Assembly: GCA_001687465.1 (NCBI GenBank)
Contig: LVLI01000135.1
Coordinates: forward strand, 1 to 64,000
Length of the DNA: 64,000 bases
From: Halocafeteria seosinensis
Lineage: Eukaryota
Direction: 5' to 3'
Notes under the pieces: model-generated
Database searches by the model: none
What the model was told of the DNA's origin: nothing
What the model saw: only the letters and a program-made list of their open reading frames with translations
Program-made: the position numbers and the translations under genes
In this document: in pieces, positions 60,857 to 64,000 of the stretch
Layout of the letters: each line of letters opens with the position of its first letter
How positions within the stretch are numbered: the stretch's first letter is position 1

Positions 60857-63790
60857 TCAGCCATGATGGCTAAAATACGGAGTTACATAGCCTATGACGG
60901 TAGAAAGAAGTGTAACAAGGCCAATGACTATGGACAGAACTTGCTGCTGAGAAAGCACTATCCCAGGCCATAAGGCGAGTGCCAAAACGTTGTCCCGAAC
61001 GGTTTCACGCACTAGTGCCAGAGCTTTGGAAGTTTGCCGTAGCAACTCAACAGTACCAGTATCTGTCCTCTCTGTATCTTTTTCTTTCTGCTTCCGACGC
61101 AGTTGGTCCTCCAGTTGTTCTACTACTGTTTGTTGGTTGGCTAGAAGTTGCACCTGTCGAGTTTGCAGTCTTCGCAAACTCGAAGCCCTGTACATGACGA
61201 ACAGAAGAAGAATCACCACGAATAATGCATCAATCAGTACATTACTGCTCAAAGCTATGCTCTGCCCTTGTACCAAAACTAGAATAAGGTGACCGAAAGC
61301 GAAAGCGATCATGAGCATCGGTATCAATAGGACACAACTGGACTCTGCGAAAGCTCCTTGAGTCTGGTAAAACAAGTTTTGCCGAATATGGATCCAGGCG
61401 TAAATATTCATCGGAATCAACGGAAGGATATACACCGAGGAGTTTTCCTGCCTTGATCTCCAAGTGCATCTACCACAGCATACCGTTTTATCTTGTCCCG
61501 ATTTCTTTCTTTTTGCACCGAAACTTCCACTGTTCTCCTTTACTACTAGCAGGTTTGTTACAGTCTCCATTGTTTCTAAGCACATAGAAGCTGTTCCGTC
61601 CGCTAGGTAGAGTATCATGAAGGTTGCAATGCCCATTAGCGCCCCACTTCCGATACGCAGCATCCAATACTCGACTCTATCCAGGTCTTTAACATGTTCT
61701 AATCCCACAGACCTTCCGATGATAATTCTGGAAAGAATTGTACAAGCAACATGCAGAATGACAGCCACTATACCCCAGAGAGCAGCGATAGTCTTCCGAT
61801 ATCCAACTAAGTTTTGCTGAGCATCATTTAGGATAATATTTTCAATCTCTTCAGTTGTTCGGTAGTCCCCGTCGGCTCCAGGAAGAAACGAGTTCAGCGT
61901 CGAGTCTAACCCCTGTCTAAATATGTTTCCTCCAGCATTCAGCTCCTGTCGATGGATCATTTGTATTGCTTTGGACTTGATTCCTAGATCACCCACAGAC
62001 TTGGGTGCAACCAGAACACTGCACTGGCGGATGCGTGACCATTGTTTCGGTAGTAGGGTTGTCGCAGCCCACCCGGCATACAGGAAACAAATCCCAGTAA
62101 AAAGGGTAATGTACTGATGGGCAGCAGCTCTGAAGAGTTGACGGACATCAGGTTCCGTTGGTCCGTCTAGCGAAAAATATATGGCGCGTGCAAAAAGAGC
62201 TGCACAAGCACAATGTGCAACAAGCATTAGGAGTATTTTCCCCCGAGTGTTCACCGTCCTGTCCGCAGCATCGCCTAATCCAATAGGATTGGCTACGGTA
62301 ACTAATCTGGTAACCGCACGCCACGGGTTTCGAACAAAGAGTCCTTTTCCAGCTCCCCAGAACGACCGTATGTGACGCAGCCGGGTACATTTCCATAAAC
62401 AGTTCCCACATTTATACAAATGCAAATGCAACCAGCCAAATTTTCGGTTTGGGGTGTGTAGCTTGTCAGTGAATGCGCGACTTGAAGCATTAGGTGGAGC
62501 AAACGCTGACGTATCGACAACTGTTGTAGAACTCGTGTGCTGCGTACCGGAAAAACCACAAAGAACAAAGACAACGGTGGCTCGAATCGATCTTAATGCG
62601 GCTCTCAGTTCATGAAGGAACATAGTCATGTTCAACAGAGCCTCGAAAAATAGGACAATGCTAAACTGCAAGTCCTCAAACAATTCATAGTCCCAAATCG
62701 ACGTCTTTACCGTGGTGTAATCTTCGTCGATAGTGCGTTTTCCGCTTCCAAACCCTTCCCTTACCCGTATCACTTCATTTTGATGTATTCCCTTAATTGG
62801 GCCGTGATTTAGGGAGTGTTTGACTGTGTAGAAGTTGTCGTCCATCGGATGAGACCAATTGAATCTTTTCCACACATGCTCGGGAACCTCGGACTCCTCG
62901 TATGTTTCCGGATGGTTACTCTCCGTTCTACTGCGGCATTTCATGATGTAAGATATACTTATATCGACAATGGAGGTAAAAAGCTCCTTGGGACACTGCC
63001 CAATCTCCAGACCTTGTTCGGTTTGCCGGATATCTACAGGTATAAGGTGAGCAAACACAGTTCCGGAAAAGCAAAGCTTCCTACGGATCCGTTGGATATC
63101 CGCAAGAAAATCTTCTGAAAGCTCCCCATCTCTAGTTTTCCTTATTAAAAACACAATGCCCAACAAGTTTCCCATGTTGGAATCGAGAATCTCCTTCATC
63201 CAATATTCTGCCCTCTTAATCCAATATTCCAATTGCTTCAGGCAAGGGGCCTGCGGGGTTGCTCCAATGATTGCATCCAGAGTAACGAACACAATATCAG
63301 CACTTTGTATGTAGGCTAACGGATCCAAAGTAGATTTACCGTCATCAAGTTCTCGCCATATTATGTTGTAGACTGAGTCTCCCAAGCGACTGGCAGAACT
63401 GTCTCCATCTTTGGGGTTGTGTCGAGGACCCCCTTCTTCATTAGATACGGACAAAGTCAGACTATCGACCCACTGAGATTTGAAGAGAAATTCATTGATG
63501 TTGCCAAGAGATGTTATCCAAAGCTGTGTTGGCGGCTCATCCAGCTTCTCGATCCCAGGGAAAATATCTTGTGGAGGCGGAATCCTGGCGTCACTGTCGG
63601 ATATAGAGAATGCTACAAGTCTAGGATCCGGATGAAAAGGATAATCCTCCAGATCTTCAGCATGAACATATCTTTGCTCGATGTGCGCACGATGATGTTG
63701 GTCCTGGTTAAGAAGCCGGGCCTTGTGCTCCCCGTTGGTGTGAACCACGGGAGCACCAGAATCGTTCACGGCAGAATATGAGCGTAGCAT
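60857..63790 (-). CDS. Paralog B: intact intronless multi-pass membrane protein, Ras-like N-terminal domain + PHTF/7TMIC-like C-terminal domain
   Basis: Open frame 60857-63958 (likely ATG at 63790 or 63958); about 7-8 hydrophobic helices; C-terminus NIYAWIHIRQNL...QLLANQQ...ALALVRETVRDNVLALALWPGIVLSQQQVLSIVIGLVTLLS. ORF confident; domain calls about 0.55. Confidence 0.85.
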   Translation of the reverse strand: MLRSYSAVNDSGAPVVHTNGEHKARLLNQDQHHRAHIEQRYVHAEDLEDYPFHPDPRLVAFSISDSDARIPPPQDIFPGIEKLDEPPTQLWITSLGNINEFLFKSQWVDSLTLSVSNEEGGPRHNPKDGDSSASRLGDSVYNIIWRELDDGKSTLDPLAYIQSADIVFVTLDAIIGATPQAPCLKQLEYWIKRAEYWMKEILDSNMGNLLGIVFLIRKTRDGELSEDFLADIQRIRRKLCFSGTVFAHLIPVDIRQTEQGLEIGQCPKELFTSIVDISISYIMKCRSRTESNHPETYEESEVPEHVWKRFNWSHPMDDNFYTVKHSLNHGPIKGIHQNEVIRVREGFGSGKRTIDEDYTTVKTSIWDYELFEDLQFSIVLFFEALLNMTMFLHELRAALRSIRATVVFVLCGFSGTQHTSSTTVVDTSAFAPPNASSRAFTDKLHTPNRKFGWLHLHLYKCGNCLWKCTRLRHIRSFWGAGKGLFVRNPWRAVTRLVTVANPIGLGDAADRTVNTRGKILLMLVAHCACAALFARAIYFSLDGPTEPDVRQLFRAAAHQYITLFTGICFLYAGWAATTLLPKQWSRIRQCSVLVAPKSVGDLGIKSKAIQMIHRQELNAGGNIFRQGLDSTLNSFLPGADGDYRTTEEIENIILNDAQQNLVGYRKTIAALWGIVAVILHVACTILSRIIIGRSVGLEHVKDLDRVEYWMLRIGSGALMGIATFMILYLADGTASMCLETMETVTNLLVVKENSGSFGAKRKKSGQDKTVCCGRCTWRSRQENSSVYILPLIPMNIYAWIHIRQNLFYQTQGAFAESSCVLLIPMLMIAFAFGHLILVLVQGQSIALSSNVLIDALFVVILLLFVMYRASSLRRLQTRQVQLLANQQTVVEQLEDQLRRKQKEKDTERTDTGTVELLRQTSKALALVRETVRDNVLALALWPGIVLSQQQVLSIVIGLVTLLSTVIGYVTPYFSHHG

Positions 63791-64000
63791 TGTTCTTCTT
63801 CCGCCACTACACTTATAGTACAAAAGCAATTCAATATTTGCCACTACAAAAAGGCATCTCTCTTGCTGACAATACAACTCTTCTACCTGTTCATCAAGGG
63901 CGGGTGGCGGTTTCTTGCCCCGCACCGTATGCATTTGTAGATCAGCATTCCGCAACACTGTGACGCTTCTCTACGACACAGCTCAAATTACAGCTACAGC

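Noticed and set aside
60857..63790. GPCR assignment for the 7TM paralogs
   Set aside because: No signal peptide or GPCR motifs; the large soluble N-terminus and very short tail after the last helix fit an inverted 7TMIC-type topology better.
1..64000. CRISPR array, rRNA or tRNA genes
   Set aside because: No regularly spaced repeat-spacer array and no recognisable rRNA or tRNA cloverleaf; the DNA is eukaryotic and intron-rich.
1..64000. Alternative genetic code or stop readthrough to explain fragmented ORFs
   Set aside because: Breaks in conserved genes coincide with GT..AG introns, and TAA, TAG and TGA all end genuine genes.

Overview
Compact eukaryotic nuclear DNA with many short GT-AG introns, so the ORF track splits most genes into exons. 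Ciliary-type genes (lebercilin-like, IQ proteins), a giant ARM-repeat protein and a secreted PHB depolymerase suggest a flagellated, bacterivorous protist, possibly a stramenopile (inference only). Recognisable genes: DDX1 (5' end), SPCS2, an SLC12 cation-chloride cotransporter, a lebercilin-like protein, CPOX, an OCRE/C2H2 RBM5-like protein, KTI12, PHB depolymerase, TELO2, oligopeptidase B and a RING-BRCT BRCA1-like gene. Most notable: (i) a tandem pair of intronless genes at 56.7-63.8 kb whose proteins appear to fuse a degenerate Ras-like (pseudo-GTPase) domain to a PHTF/7TMIC-like (insect odorant/gustatory receptor superfamily) membrane domain, one copy frameshifted and carrying an internal duplication; (ii) an accessory island at 7.2-9.5 kb with a non-LTR retrotransposon endonuclease relic next to a frameshifted R-S-E ADP-ribosyltransferase toxin-like pseudogene; (iii) a spliced twin-CX9C microprotein absent from the ORF track, head-to-head with KTI12. 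All family calls rest on motif recognition by eye; no searches were run.
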